A stretch of DNA of 64,000 nt from Candidatus Nealsonbacteria bacterium (GTDB taxonomy: Bacteria > Patescibacteriota > Minisyncoccia > Minisyncoccales > JAUWAW01). Every line of letters starts with the position of its first letter. Within the stretch, counting starts at the first letter, position 1. Both the position numbers and the translations under genes were made by a program. Positions 51,910 to 60,840 of this stretch are shown here, in pieces. The notes under the pieces were generated by a model, which did no database searches, had not been told where the DNA came from, and saw nothing but the letters and a program-made list of their open reading frames with translations. Location: the NCBI GenBank assembly GCA_030601865.1, contig JAUWAW010000002.1, positions 7,410-71,409 of the forward strand. Reading direction: 5' to 3'.

Positions 51910-51945
51910 TGTGTCAAAATCCTGCGATCGCAGGATTTTGACACA
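51910..51945. repeat. Perfect 36-nt palindrome centred on GCGATCGC, copy H7
   Basis: TGTGTCAAAATCCTGCGATCGCAGGATTTTGACACA. Identical to 59186-59221, including the flanks TTT...GTTTT. Confidence 0.85.
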
Positions 51946-51960
51946 GTTTTTTATTGTTTA

Positions 51961-53685
51961 TTATTTGAGGTATTTCAATAGCTTCTCTAATGGCTGGGTA
52001 TTGATAATATCTTTCTTCTCTGCCCAGCCGCGGCGGGCTTGGGCTACACCTAAATTCATAAAACGCATCTGGTCTTTTTGGTGAGAATCGGTATTGATAA
52101 TCATTTTGACCCCTGCTTCTTTTGTCCTACGGACATTTTGGTCGCTTAAATCCAGCCTTACTGGGAAAGCATTTATTTCTAAGATGGTTTTAGTTTGTTT
52201 AGCCACCCTTAAAATCTGGTCAAAATCAATTTGATATTCATCGCGCCTCTTTAATATCCTGCCAGTCGGGTGAGCAATAATCTTGATAAAAGGGTTTTTC
52301 ATTGCCTTGATGAGCCGTTCTGTCATTTTTTGCTTGTCCATCTTAAAACTGGAATGGATGCCCGCAATAGCATAATCTAATTTTTTCAAGGCCTTGTCCT
52401 TAATATCGATTGAGCCATCCTTAAGAATATTTGTCTCTGCCCCCTGTAAAATCTTGATTCTTGATTCTTGATTCTTGATTCTTCTGTTTAATTTATCAAT
52501 CTCTTTTCTCTGCTGGCCCAGCTGGCTTTCGTTTAAGCCCCTCTCAATTCTTAAAAATTTTGTATGGGAGGAAATGCCAATATATTGATAGCCTAAGCCC
52601 ATAGCCGTCCGGGCCATTTCTAAAATAGTATTTTCTCCGGCATCCCAGTCGCAGTGGCAGTGAAGATCGCCCTTAATGTCTTTCATTTCCACTAATTTGG
52701 GCAAATTGTTTTTGAGGCAGGCCTCAATCTCTCCTTTATCCTCTCTGAGCTCTGGCGGCGGACAAACCATTTTTAGATATTTATAAATTTCTTCCTCGGT
52801 TTTGCCAGCTACCATCTTGGCGCCCCTGAATAAGCCGTACTCATTAAGCTTTAACCCTTTATCCATAGCAATTTTTCTCAAATGGATATTATGCTCTTTG
52901 GAACCGGTAAAATACTGAAGCGCTGCTCCGTAGCTCTTTTTTTGAACCACCCTTAAATCCACGTCAAACCCTTGTTCCATTCTGACTGATGATTTGGTGT
53001 TTCCTTTACCCCAAATTTTAATTACTCCAGGTAAAGAAACAAAAAAATCCATTACCTTGCCTGGATTTTTGGTGGTCACTAAAATATCAACATCACCAAT
53101 GGTCTCTTTCATGCGTCGCAAAGACCCAGCCATGCTAATCTGGTCAATCTCTTTAAGTTTTTTTAATCTTTCTAAAATTTCTTCTGTTTCAAGTAAAATT
53201 TCCGCCAAGAGAAACCTACCTTTGCTTTTTTTAAGAAAAGCAATACCTTCTAAAATATTCTTCTCTGTTGTCTCGTCAAACCCGAAAAGAGGAGCAATTT
53301 TATGGGCTTTGGCTGCTTTTTCTAAGTCCTTTAAATTCTTAATGCCCAACTTCTGATACAAAACCTTGGCTTTCTTTGGTCCCAGTCCTTCAACAGCAGT
53401 AATTTCAGCCAAGTCAATAGGGGTTTTCTTTTTTAACCTTTCATAATATTTAATTTTCCCTGTCTTTAAGTATTCCTTAATCTTTAGGGCAATATTTTCT
53501 CCTATACCCGGAAGCTCTTCCAGTGCCTTAACCCCTCCTTTTTTATAAATTTCTTCAATATCTTCTTCTAATGTTTCCAAAGTCAGGGCTGCTCTTTGAT
53601 AGGCATAGGGTTTAAAAGCCACCTCTTCCATTTCTAAATAAGCGGCTATTTCATAGAATATCTCGGCAAGTTGCTGATTTTGCAT
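51961..53685 (-). CDS. polX: Family X DNA polymerase with C-terminal PHP domain
   Basis: HhH motifs LPGIGENIALKI / VEGLGPKKAKVL; catalytic GSLRRMKETIGDVDILV; PHP HCHCDWDAG...SHT. In-frame heptamer insert. Confidence 0.88.
   Translation of the reverse strand: MQNQQLAEIFYEIAAYLEMEEVAFKPYAYQRAALTLETLEEDIEEIYKKGGVKALEELPGIGENIALKIKEYLKTGKIKYYERLKKKTPIDLAEITAVEGLGPKKAKVLYQKLGIKNLKDLEKAAKAHKIAPLFGFDETTEKNILEGIAFLKKSKGRFLLAEILLETEEILERLKKLKEIDQISMAGSLRRMKETIGDVDILVTTKNPGKVMDFFVSLPGVIKIWGKGNTKSSVRMEQGFDVDLRVVQKKSYGAALQYFTGSKEHNIHLRKIAMDKGLKLNEYGLFRGAKMVAGKTEEEIYKYLKMVCPPPELREDKGEIEACLKNNLPKLVEMKDIKGDLHCHCDWDAGENTILEMARTAMGLGYQYIGISSHTKFLRIERGLNESQLGQQRKEIDKLNRRIKNQESRIKILQGAETNILKDGSIDIKDKALKKLDYAIAGIHSSFKMDKQKMTERLIKAMKNPFIKIIAHPTGRILKRRDEYQIDFDQILRVAKQTKTILEINAFPVRLDLSDQNVRRTKEAGVKMIINTDSHQKDQMRFMNLGVAQARRGWAEKKDIINTQPLEKLLKYLK
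52451..52484. repeat. Tandem heptamer ATTCTTG (about 4.5 units), in frame in polX
   Basis: ATCTTG ATTCTTG ATTCTTG ATTCTTG ATTCTTC, translated as RRIKNQESRIKIL. Confidence 0.7.
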
Positions 53686-53687
53686 AG

Positions 53688-54332
53688 TTAATGGATGAAG
53701 GGAATTCTGAAGGAAGGAAATCGGGGAAAAAGTTTATCTTTGGGCGCGATTTCTTTGTGAATTAACAAAAGAAGGCCGGCAGCTATTATGGTAAAGCTGC
53801 CCACCAAAATAAAAATTAATTTAAATCCAAAAGCAGCTGCTAAAATCCCGCCCAGAGCTCCAGCGATTCCCGCGCCAAAACCTAAAGCAGTGCTGTCCAG
53901 GCCCCACTCAAGGGCCTCCCGGCCTTTATCAATATGGCGAGTAAAAATAGCATTCCAAGAGACAATAGCCATGGCCATACCAATAGCGTGGATAACCTGG
54001 AAACCATAAATATGCCAGGGTTGAGAAGCAAAGATAAAACCAAAAGGGGCAAGCCCGGCTAAAAAAGTTCCCGAAACCACAAACCAAAAATCATCTTTTT
54101 CTCCATGATTTTTGTCCAGATACTTGCCAATAGGGATTTGCAAAGAGGACTTAACAACCCAATAGGTTAAAGAAGCAAAGCCAGCTATCTTGACCCCTTC
54201 AGCTGGGTTGCCCACAGCAATATTCTCCAAAACAAATATGGCAAAGACCGGCCCCAGCAACCCCCAGCCGCTGTTTAAGAAAAGGTCGCTGGAGATTAAG
54301 ATTTTTACAACTTTATTAATTGATTTAGGCAT
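53688..54332 (-). CDS. Half-size (6-TM) MFS-like membrane protein
   Basis: Six hydrophobic helices and a loop motif IGKYLDKNHGEK resembling the MFS loop 2-3. May be a truncated or half transporter. Confidence 0.5.
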   Translation of the reverse strand: MPKSINKVVKILISSDLFLNSGWGLLGPVFAIFVLENIAVGNPAEGVKIAGFASLTYWVVKSSLQIPIGKYLDKNHGEKDDFWFVVSGTFLAGLAPFGFIFASQPWHIYGFQVIHAIGMAMAIVSWNAIFTRHIDKGREALEWGLDSTALGFGAGIAGALGGILAAAFGFKLIFILVGSFTIIAAGLLLLIHKEIAPKDKLFPRFPSFRIPFIH

Positions 54333-54334
54333 TT

Positions 54335-55471
54335 TTAACTGGCTTTTATGGGCATAATTATGTAAATATAACTAGGATCACCTACTGGTTTAAGGGCGGC
54401 TGGTCCCTCCTCCCCATTTAACTCAAAACTCACCTCTGGGCTTTGGATATTAATTAGACCATCTATTAAAAACCTCCAATTAAAAGATACTTCGGTCATT
54501 TTTCCTTTTGTTTTTCCCTGAACTAAAGATTGGTTTTCCCCAATTTCTGAGCTTTGACTAAAGATTTCCATCTCTTCTTGCGAAGGGTCAATTTTTACTT
54601 TAACCTCATTAATTCTTCCACTAAAAAGACTGGCTGTTTTTAAATGGTTTAAGAATTTTTCTCTAGGTAGAACAATCTGGGTTTCATATTTCTTGGGAAT
54701 AATTTCTTGATAATTCGGGTAATCCCCTTCAATTAAACGGGAAATGAGTTGTAATTGAGGTTGAGAACTCTCTTTAGTCCTAAATTCAAACATAATTTGG
54801 TTGGGGGTTAAATAAATTTTAAGTTTTCCTTTTTTTTCAGAACCAATATTAATCAACTCCTGCACTATTTTCTGGGGAAGAATTAAAGACTGCCCTTGAA
54901 AATTAGATTTTTCAGAACCCGCTTCAAGTAAAAGTGTTTTTTCTGCCAACCTAAAACTATCAGTAGAGGCAAGCTGAACTTGGTTTTTCTGGAAAGCTAA
55001 ATAAATCCCGGAAATTTCTGGCCGAGTTTGATTTAAACTTGCATACTTGTGTACCTGAGCCAATCCCTGACAGAAAGGAGCGCTATTTAATTCAAGAAAT
55101 TCTTTTTCTTCTATTTTAGGGATAATCGGAAACTCATCTGGGTTAAACCCTTTAATTTTGGTTTTAAAACTTTCACCCTTAATATGTAAAATATTATTTA
55201 TTGACTCAAAGGAAATTTTACTTTCTGGTAAAGAACCAATAAAACTCGCTAAAACCTTGGCTGGAATAACTATTTTACCCTCTTTGTCTATTTTAGCTAA
55301 GACCCAGTAGCGAATTCCTATTTCTAGATCAGTAGCAGATAAATTAAGAAAATTACCCTTGGCTGATAATAAGATATTATTAAGAATAGGCAAAGAAAGA
55401 GATTTGGAAACTACTCTTTCTGTAAACCCTAAACCTTTATTTAAATTTTCTTTTAATACTAATAATTTCAT
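54335..55471 (-). CDS. dnaN: DNA polymerase III beta sliding clamp
   Basis: MKLLVLKENLNKGL...SLPILNNILL start, three-domain length, position downstream of dnaA. Confidence 0.9.
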   Translation of the reverse strand: MKLLVLKENLNKGLGFTERVVSKSLSLPILNNILLSAKGNFLNLSATDLEIGIRYWVLAKIDKEGKIVIPAKVLASFIGSLPESKISFESINNILHIKGESFKTKIKGFNPDEFPIIPKIEEKEFLELNSAPFCQGLAQVHKYASLNQTRPEISGIYLAFQKNQVQLASTDSFRLAEKTLLLEAGSEKSNFQGQSLILPQKIVQELINIGSEKKGKLKIYLTPNQIMFEFRTKESSQPQLQLISRLIEGDYPNYQEIIPKKYETQIVLPREKFLNHLKTASLFSGRINEVKVKIDPSQEEMEIFSQSSEIGENQSLVQGKTKGKMTEVSFNWRFLIDGLINIQSPEVSFELNGEEGPAALKPVGDPSYIYIIMPIKAS

Positions 55472-55611
55472 AGTATTTATTATTGTTATTATTATTGGTG
55501 TTAATTATTAATGATTTACCTTTATTTTAAGGGGTAGGAAACAGTTAATTAGCTCTGTTAATAAATTCTGATTTTTCTTTGGATTATAAAAATATTTAAT
55601 TTATCCACAAT
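55472..55611. other. Candidate oriC segment (dnaA-dnaN intergenic, AT-rich, one perfect DnaA box)
   Basis: TTATCCACA at 55601-55609. The remainder is very AT-rich (ATTATTGTTATTATTATTGG...). The dnaA-rpmH spacer has only weak boxes. Confidence 0.4.
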
Positions 55612-56979
55612 TTATAGGGGGTCTAATGAACTATAAATCCTCTGTTTTATATAATTAATTTCTTCAACCAAACTTTCAGATTGTTTTAGTTCTTTTACTA
55701 TCTTCTCATAGGCATAGATGGCAGTAGTATGGTCTTTGCCGCCCAATCTTCTGCCAATAGAAGGATAAGAACTCTTTAAGTTTTCTCTTAATAAATACAT
55801 GGCAATTTGACGAGGCCTGACCACTTCTTTTTTTCTTGAAGAACTTAAAAGGTCGCTTTGTTTTATGTCATAAAATTCAGACACCACCTGAATCACCTTT
55901 TTATAATTTGCTACCTTAGTCGAACCGGTAATTAAATTTTTAAAAAGAGTTTGGACAATCTGAATGTCAGGGGATTGGCTGTTTAGTTTTTGATAAGCAG
56001 CCAATCTATTTAAAGCGCCTTCCAATTGCCGAATATTGTTTTGTACCACAGAAGCAATATATTCTAAGACTTTTTCTGAAAAATCTAATCTTCTCTCTTG
56101 AGTTTTTGTTTTAAGAATGGCCATCCTTGTTTCAAAATCAGGAGAGCCGATGTCAGCAATCATTCCTCCTTCGAAGCGAGATTTCAACCTTTCTTCAAGG
56201 GCCGGGATAGCTTTGGGAGGTCGATCTGAGGAAAGAGCTATTTGCTTGTTTTTTTCATAAAGGGCATTAAAGATATGGAAAAATTCTTCCTGACTTTTAT
56301 CTTTGCCAGCCAAAAACTGAACATCGTCAATAATTAAAACATCGGCTTCCCTGTATTTTATCTTAAAATCTTCAATACTATGATTTTTAATAGCGGCCAC
56401 CAAACCTGAAATAAATTTTTCAGAAGGAATATATTTTATTTTCTTTGAGGGAAAATTCTTCACTACCTCATTGCCAATAGCTTGTAAAAGATGGGTTTTG
56501 CCCAATCCAACACCCCCATAAACAAATAAGGGATTATAGACCACTCCTGGATTTTTAGAGATGGCCCAACCGGCCGCTTGAGCTAATTCATTAAAGGGTC
56601 CCACCACAAAATTCTCAAAGGTATAACGGGGATTGAGATTGGTCTCTGTGTTTATTTGGAGTTCCTGAAACTCAAGCTGGTTATTAATAGAAACGGCTGG
56701 TAAAGAAGTAGGGGCTTCTGCAATTTCAAGACTAGGTTGAGATGTTGTATATTGGATTTCTTTGATTTGGTTGTCTAAACTATGCAGGATTTTTAAAATA
56801 ATTCTATCATATTTATTTTGTAACCACTCCTGAGAGAAATGGCTGGGCACAGAAACAATCACCTTCTTTTTGTTTCTGGAAATAATGTGCGTATCCTTAA
56901 ACCAGGTAGCGAAACTAGCTCGAGAGATATTAAATTGGATTTGGGCAAGAACTGCTTCCCAAAGTTCTTTCTTGTTCAT
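55612..56979 (-). CDS. dnaA: Chromosomal replication initiator DnaA
   Basis: Walker A GGVGLGKTHLL, box VII, and the C-terminal DNA-binding IGRRLGGKDHTTAIYAYEKI. Confidence 0.95.
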   Translation of the reverse strand: MNKKELWEAVLAQIQFNISRASFATWFKDTHIISRNKKKVIVSVPSHFSQEWLQNKYDRIILKILHSLDNQIKEIQYTTSQPSLEIAEAPTSLPAVSINNQLEFQELQINTETNLNPRYTFENFVVGPFNELAQAAGWAISKNPGVVYNPLFVYGGVGLGKTHLLQAIGNEVVKNFPSKKIKYIPSEKFISGLVAAIKNHSIEDFKIKYREADVLIIDDVQFLAGKDKSQEEFFHIFNALYEKNKQIALSSDRPPKAIPALEERLKSRFEGGMIADIGSPDFETRMAILKTKTQERRLDFSEKVLEYIASVVQNNIRQLEGALNRLAAYQKLNSQSPDIQIVQTLFKNLITGSTKVANYKKVIQVVSEFYDIKQSDLLSSSRKKEVVRPRQIAMYLLRENLKSSYPSIGRRLGGKDHTTAIYAYEKIVKELKQSESLVEEINYIKQRIYSSLDPL

Positions 56980-57000
56980 AATAAGTTTATTTTATCATAT

Positions 57001-57033
57001 ATTCGTATGGCGTATTCGTAACGCTATTTACAT
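57001..57033. repeat. 33-nt conserved block upstream of dnaA (copy F6)
   Basis: ATTCGTATGGCGTATTCGTAACGCTATTTACAT. 30/33 identical to 60787-60819. Confidence 0.7.
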
Positions 57034-57137
57034 AATAACAGAAAATCAAGAATAGCCCAAATCCCTCATTTTTGTTAATAACCTGGGGACAAGATGTGGA
57101 ATTTGACTGTATTGCGATTCGGTGTTATATTTAATCT

Positions 57138-57272
57138 ATGTCCATTACTTACCAACCCAAAAGAAAAAAAAGAAAACGCACCCATGGTTTTAGAAAAAGA
57201 AGTAAAACAAAACCAGGCAGAAAGATTTTAACAAGAAGACGTGAGAAAGGCCGCCACAAGCTTACAGTTTAA
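57138..57272 (+). CDS. rpmH: 50S ribosomal protein L34 (not in ORF track, 44 aa)
   Basis: My translation: [44 protein letters not shown]. Canonical L34, upstream of rnpA. Confidence 0.92.
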   Translation: MSITYQPKRKKRKRTHGFRKRSKTKPGRKILTRRREKGRHKLTV

Positions 57273-57295
57273 GGTAGAAGTTTAAACATCACATT

Positions 57296-57646
57296 ATGCT
57301 GCCCAAGGAAAATAGATTAAAAAAGAAAAAAGATTTTGAAAATGTTTTTAAAAAAGGAAAAGGATTTAAAGAAAAATTTTTGTTTTTGAAGATAAGAAAA
57401 AATGAATTAAATGTTAACCGATTTGGTTTTGCGGTCAGCTTAAAAGTTTCAAAGAAAGCAGTAGTTCGTAATAAACTTAAAAGGCAACTACGAGAAATAG
57501 TAAAGGCAAAATTGCCTCAAGTAAAACCTGGAATAGATGGGATAATAGTTGTTCTTCCGGGCCTGGAAGATAAAAATTTCCAGCAAATAGAAGAAATAGC
57601 TAATAAATTGTTCAAAAAAGCAAAAATAATTAACAATACGACATAA
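57296..57646 (+). CDS. rnpA: Ribonuclease P protein component
   Basis: LPKENRLKKKKDFENVFKKGK and the RNR-like motif KKAVVRNKLKRQLRE. Confidence 0.88.
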   Translation: MLPKENRLKKKKDFENVFKKGKGFKEKFLFLKIRKNELNVNRFGFAVSLKVSKKAVVRNKLKRQLREIVKAKLPQVKPGIDGIIVVLPGLEDKNFQQIEEIANKLFKKAKIINNTT

Positions 57647-57684
57647 ACTATAATACTATATAGTATTGTAGTTTATGTGAATAA

Positions 57685-57894
57685 ATGATTAAAACAATTA
57701 TTTTAAAAAGCCTAAAATTATATCAAATTATTATTTCTCCTATTTTTGGAAAGCATTGCCGTTTTTATCCCAGTTGTTCAGAGTATTCTTACCAGGCAAT
57801 TAAGAAATACGGAGCATTAAGAGGATTTTGGAAAGGATTGAGAAGAATAAAGAGATGCCATCCTTTTAATAAGGGGGGAATAGATTTCCCTTGA
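57685..57894 (+). CDS. yidD: Membrane protein insertion efficiency factor YidD
   Basis: YQIIISPIFGKHCRFYPSCSEYSYQAIKKYG signature. Confidence 0.88.
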   Translation: MIKTIILKSLKLYQIIISPIFGKHCRFYPSCSEYSYQAIKKYGALRGFWKGLRRIKRCHPFNKGGIDFP

Positions 57895-57898
57895 GAAT

Positions 57899-58618
57899 AT
57901 GAATGTTTTCATTGCCATTTTCAATACGGTTCTTTACCAGCCATTATTTAATGTCCTGGTATTGTTCTATGAATACATTCCCGGGCATGATTTTGGAGTC
58001 GCGGTGATTGCTTTGACTTTTTTGATACGGATTCTAACCTATCCCTTGGGCATCAAAGCCATTAAATCCCAAAAAGCTATCTCTGAAATTCAGCCAAAAC
58101 TAAATGAAATTAAGGAAAAATACAAAGATGATAAAGCAGCGCAAGCTAAAGCCACCATGGAGGTTTACCAAAAAGAAAAAATCAACCCTTTTTCTGGTTG
58201 CCTGCCTTTATTGATTCAATTCCCGGTCTTGCTGGCTCTTTTTCGGGTATTTTGGAGGGGATTTTCTGCAGAACAGATGGTTTATCTTTATAGTTTTGTC
58301 CCCCATCCCGGCCAGATTGACCCTAGTTTTTTGGGCGTGATAGACCTTAGTCACCCCTTTGCTGTTTTAGCGGTTTTAGCCGGAGTTTGTCAGTTTATTC
58401 AAACAAAAGTGATGACACCTAAACAAAAGGTCCAAAAGAAAAAGGGAGGTGATTTCTCTTCTATGTTCCAAAAACAAATGCTTTATTTCTTCCCAGTTTT
58501 TACTGTTTTAATTGTCTGGCGACTTCCTTCAGCTATTGCTCTTTATTGGATAACTACTTCTTTGTTTTCCATCGGCCAGCAACTTTTGGTTCTGCGAACC
58601 AAAAGTCAAGAACCTTAG
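57899..58618 (+). CDS. yidC: Membrane protein insertase YidC (short, Gram-positive-like form)
   Basis: LTYPLGIKAIKSQKAISEIQPKLNEIKEKYKDD, INPFSGCLPLLIQFPVLLALF. Confidence 0.88.
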   Translation: MNVFIAIFNTVLYQPLFNVLVLFYEYIPGHDFGVAVIALTFLIRILTYPLGIKAIKSQKAISEIQPKLNEIKEKYKDDKAAQAKATMEVYQKEKINPFSGCLPLLIQFPVLLALFRVFWRGFSAEQMVYLYSFVPHPGQIDPSFLGVIDLSHPFAVLAVLAGVCQFIQTKVMTPKQKVQKKKGGDFSSMFQKQMLYFFPVFTVLIVWRLPSAIALYWITTSLFSIGQQLLVLRTKSQEP

Positions 58619-58645
58619 AACCTAAGAACCTAAAAATATAAAAAT

Positions 58646-59107
58646 ATGCTTAACAGAGATAGTTTAAAACAAATTAAGAAAATAGTGGAGGAGTTTTTTG
58701 ACAAGATGGACATTCCAGTGGAAATTCAGGTGTTGTCTCTAGAAGAAAAGACCCTTCCCATAAATCTGAAAGTAGAAGAACCTCGCTTTTTAATTGGAGA
58801 AAAAGGCTGCACCCTAACCGACATCCAGCGGCTTTTAGCAGTTATCTTAAAGAGAAAAATTGCCGGACCCTTTTATCTTAATCTTGATATCAATGATTAC
58901 AAAAAGAAAAAAGCCGAATATTTAAGAGAAACCGCCCGTTCAATGGCTGACGAGGTAGCTTTAACCAAAAAAGAAAGGCAGCTGCCGCCAATGTTGGCTG
59001 CGGAAAGAAGAATTATCCATTTAGAATTGGCTGACAGAGCAGATGTGGCCACCGAAAGCATGGGCCAAGACCCCATAAGAAGAGTCGTCATCCGGCCGTA
59101 TCCCTAA
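58646..59107 (+). CDS. jag: Jag/KhpB-type RNA-binding protein (KH + R3H)
   Basis: Position after yidC; the C-terminal R3H region PMLAAERRIIHLEL. Confidence 0.8.
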   Translation: MLNRDSLKQIKKIVEEFFDKMDIPVEIQVLSLEEKTLPINLKVEEPRFLIGEKGCTLTDIQRLLAVILKRKIAGPFYLNLDINDYKKKKAEYLRETARSMADEVALTKKERQLPPMLAAERRIIHLELADRADVATESMGQDPIRRVVIRPYP

Positions 59108-59143
59108 AAACCTAAAAACCTAAAAATATAAAAAACAAAACTG

Positions 59144-59170
59144 CCGAGGTCATTCCTCGGTTAGTTTTTA
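59144..59170 (+). terminator. Terminator of the rpmH-jag operon
   Basis: CCGAGGtcattCCTCGG followed by TTAGTTTTTA. Confidence 0.65.
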
Positions 59171-59185
59171 TATCTCTGTCAATTT

Positions 59186-59221
59186 TGTGTCAAAATCCTG
59201 CGATCGCAGGATTTTGACACA
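59186..59221. repeat. Perfect 36-nt palindrome centred on GCGATCGC, copy H8
   Basis: Identical to 51910-51945. Confidence 0.85.
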
Positions 59222-59237
59222 GTTTTGAAAGTAGAAA

Positions 59238-59260
59238 CCAGCGAGAACGGTTCTCGCTGG
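59238..59260. terminator. Bidirectional terminator hairpin
   Basis: CCAGCGAGAACggTTCTCGCTGG flanked by A/T runs. Confidence 0.6.
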
Positions 59261-59272
59261 TTTTAATTTTAT

Positions 59273-60784
59273 CTATGGGGTGGGCGGTGAGGCCTGACTA
59301 GCCGGGCAGGCAGTGTCTTTATCTGGTATACCACCTACACCTGTCCAGTGTGCCTCACATCCTTTGCCTTGTTCACATAAAAAAGTTTGGCGTTCGTCTA
59401 CGTCAGAACACTCAGCAGCACTAATTATCTTAAAGCTGTCCAAATCATCTTCCCAAGTTCCTTTTGCCTCACCCCATTTAGCTCCTAATTCACACTTTTC
59501 TAAATCATCGTAAAAGTTTTTAAAGCATATTTCAGCCCATTGTGTTCCAGGCCATCCTTGGGCTAATGTGCTGCATTGGGGCGTGGCATAAATTTTTATA
59601 GCGTAGCCCGAATCTATTTTTATTGAACGGATTTTATCCCAGACACGTTCATAACATTGTTCAACTACTTCCAAACCTTGGGTGCGGTCGCCGCTCCAGT
59701 CTTTATTAAAAAACAGGACGACTTTATATTCTGGCGAAGGCGCTAGATTTAATATTACTTTGGCGGGTATTACCCATTTATCTCCAGATTTCTGTCTATA
59801 TTTTTCAGGTATATAATCTTTATCAAAAGGAATTTCCCAACTTTCATCTATTGTAAATGTTCCTCCTTTCATATCTAACGTTTTTTTGCCTATTTCCTTT
59901 TCAACCCTGTGTCCCAGTATATTTACCCCCACTGTGAGCTTCATCTCTTCTTTGGCGCCTGGGTCTACTGTTATTCTAAATGGTCCTTCGTCTTTTGTGT
60001 ATACGGTGGTGAGTTGTTTAATTTCCTTTGGTCCGTAATGCCACACCCCTAAAGTAGCTTCAATAGTTGTTTTGCCTGGTATTCCTGCTATTGGTTCTAT
60101 TTTTGTTATTGTAAGCTTTATAGGAAGGTCTTCTCCAATGGCAAGATGGAAAGTTTTATCTAGGGAAACAAAGTTTCTTGAACTAAAATCCTTTGACCAT
60201 AATTCATCAACTCCTTCAATAATATAGGCCTTTTTATTGTCTGTATCAACTTTTAGTACAACCGCACGGTATAGGGTTTCGTATTTTATGCCTGTATTTA
60301 TATCCCATGCAAAAGTGGAAGGGCTGATTTCCGGCTCTATTACTCTAACGCTTATTGTTCCTACCCGGGCAAGGGGGAGTTTTGTCATTTTTTCCAAGTC
60401 AGGTTCTTTTAGGGCGACTAATTCTGGGTTAATGGTGTTGAGGATTAAGTAAGAACCGAGGAGCAGAGCCAGGCCTAAGAGCGCGGAGAAGATTTGGTTT
60501 TTGGCATCACCCATTTTGCTGGGGTCGCCCATTGAGGTTAGATAGCGAAACCCACCCACTACAATCATAATGAAAGCAGCTACTCCGGCAATGACCAGAA
60601 ATACATTAAAAAGCTCTCCAACGAGCGTTACTAAAGAGGTCTCGCCTGCTGCCATTTTCTCTCTTGTTTCTTTAAGAAACCAATCGGGATAGTCAAGCTG
60701 AAAAGCATAAACCGACGAGGACAAAAGAAGTCCGAGTAAGATAATAAAGGTTGTTTTAATTAGTTGTTTTGAGAATTGAGTCAT
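59273..60784 (-). CDS. Pilin-module fusion protein 1: signal peptide + VirB2/TrbC-like two-TM 'T4SS pilin' module + about 380-aa beta-rich ectodomain with a Cys-rich tail
   Basis: SSSVYAFQLDYPDW...LVGELFNVFLVIAGVAAFIMIVVGGFRYLTSMGDPSKMGDAKNQIFSALLGLALLLGSYLILNTINPELV. The module is about 75% identical to that of the next gene. Confidence 0.6.
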   Translation of the reverse strand: MTQFSKQLIKTTFIILLGLLLSSSVYAFQLDYPDWFLKETREKMAAGETSLVTLVGELFNVFLVIAGVAAFIMIVVGGFRYLTSMGDPSKMGDAKNQIFSALLGLALLLGSYLILNTINPELVALKEPDLEKMTKLPLARVGTISVRVIEPEISPSTFAWDINTGIKYETLYRAVVLKVDTDNKKAYIIEGVDELWSKDFSSRNFVSLDKTFHLAIGEDLPIKLTITKIEPIAGIPGKTTIEATLGVWHYGPKEIKQLTTVYTKDEGPFRITVDPGAKEEMKLTVGVNILGHRVEKEIGKKTLDMKGGTFTIDESWEIPFDKDYIPEKYRQKSGDKWVIPAKVILNLAPSPEYKVVLFFNKDWSGDRTQGLEVVEQCYERVWDKIRSIKIDSGYAIKIYATPQCSTLAQGWPGTQWAEICFKNFYDDLEKCELGAKWGEAKGTWEDDLDSFKIISAAECSDVDERQTFLCEQGKGCEAHWTGVGGIPDKDTACPASQASPPTP

Positions 60785-60786
60785 TT

Positions 60787-60819
60787 ATTCGTGTGGCGTA
60801 TTCGTAACGTTATTCACAT
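60787..60819. repeat. 33-nt conserved block abutting the start of pilin-fusion gene 1 (copy F7)
   Basis: ATTCGTGTGGCGTATTCGTAACGTTATTCACAT. Contains TTATTCACA (60810-60818), which fits the DnaA-box consensus TTATNCACA. Confidence 0.7.
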
Positions 60820-60840
60820 TGAAAATTGATTGTTCTAAAA

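Noticed and set aside
56980-57137. dnaA-rpmH spacer as the main DnaA-box cluster
   Set aside because: Only degenerate matches with 3 or more mismatches were seen by eye. The single perfect box is in the dnaA-dnaN spacer, so the oriC call is placed there with low confidence.
58617-59134. Shared AACCTAA(G/A)AACCTAAAAATATAAAAA tracts directly after the yidC and jag stop codons (58617-58645 and 59107-59134)
   Set aside because: These are short AT-rich direct repeats that could be chance in this composition. They were noted but judged too weak to call as an element.
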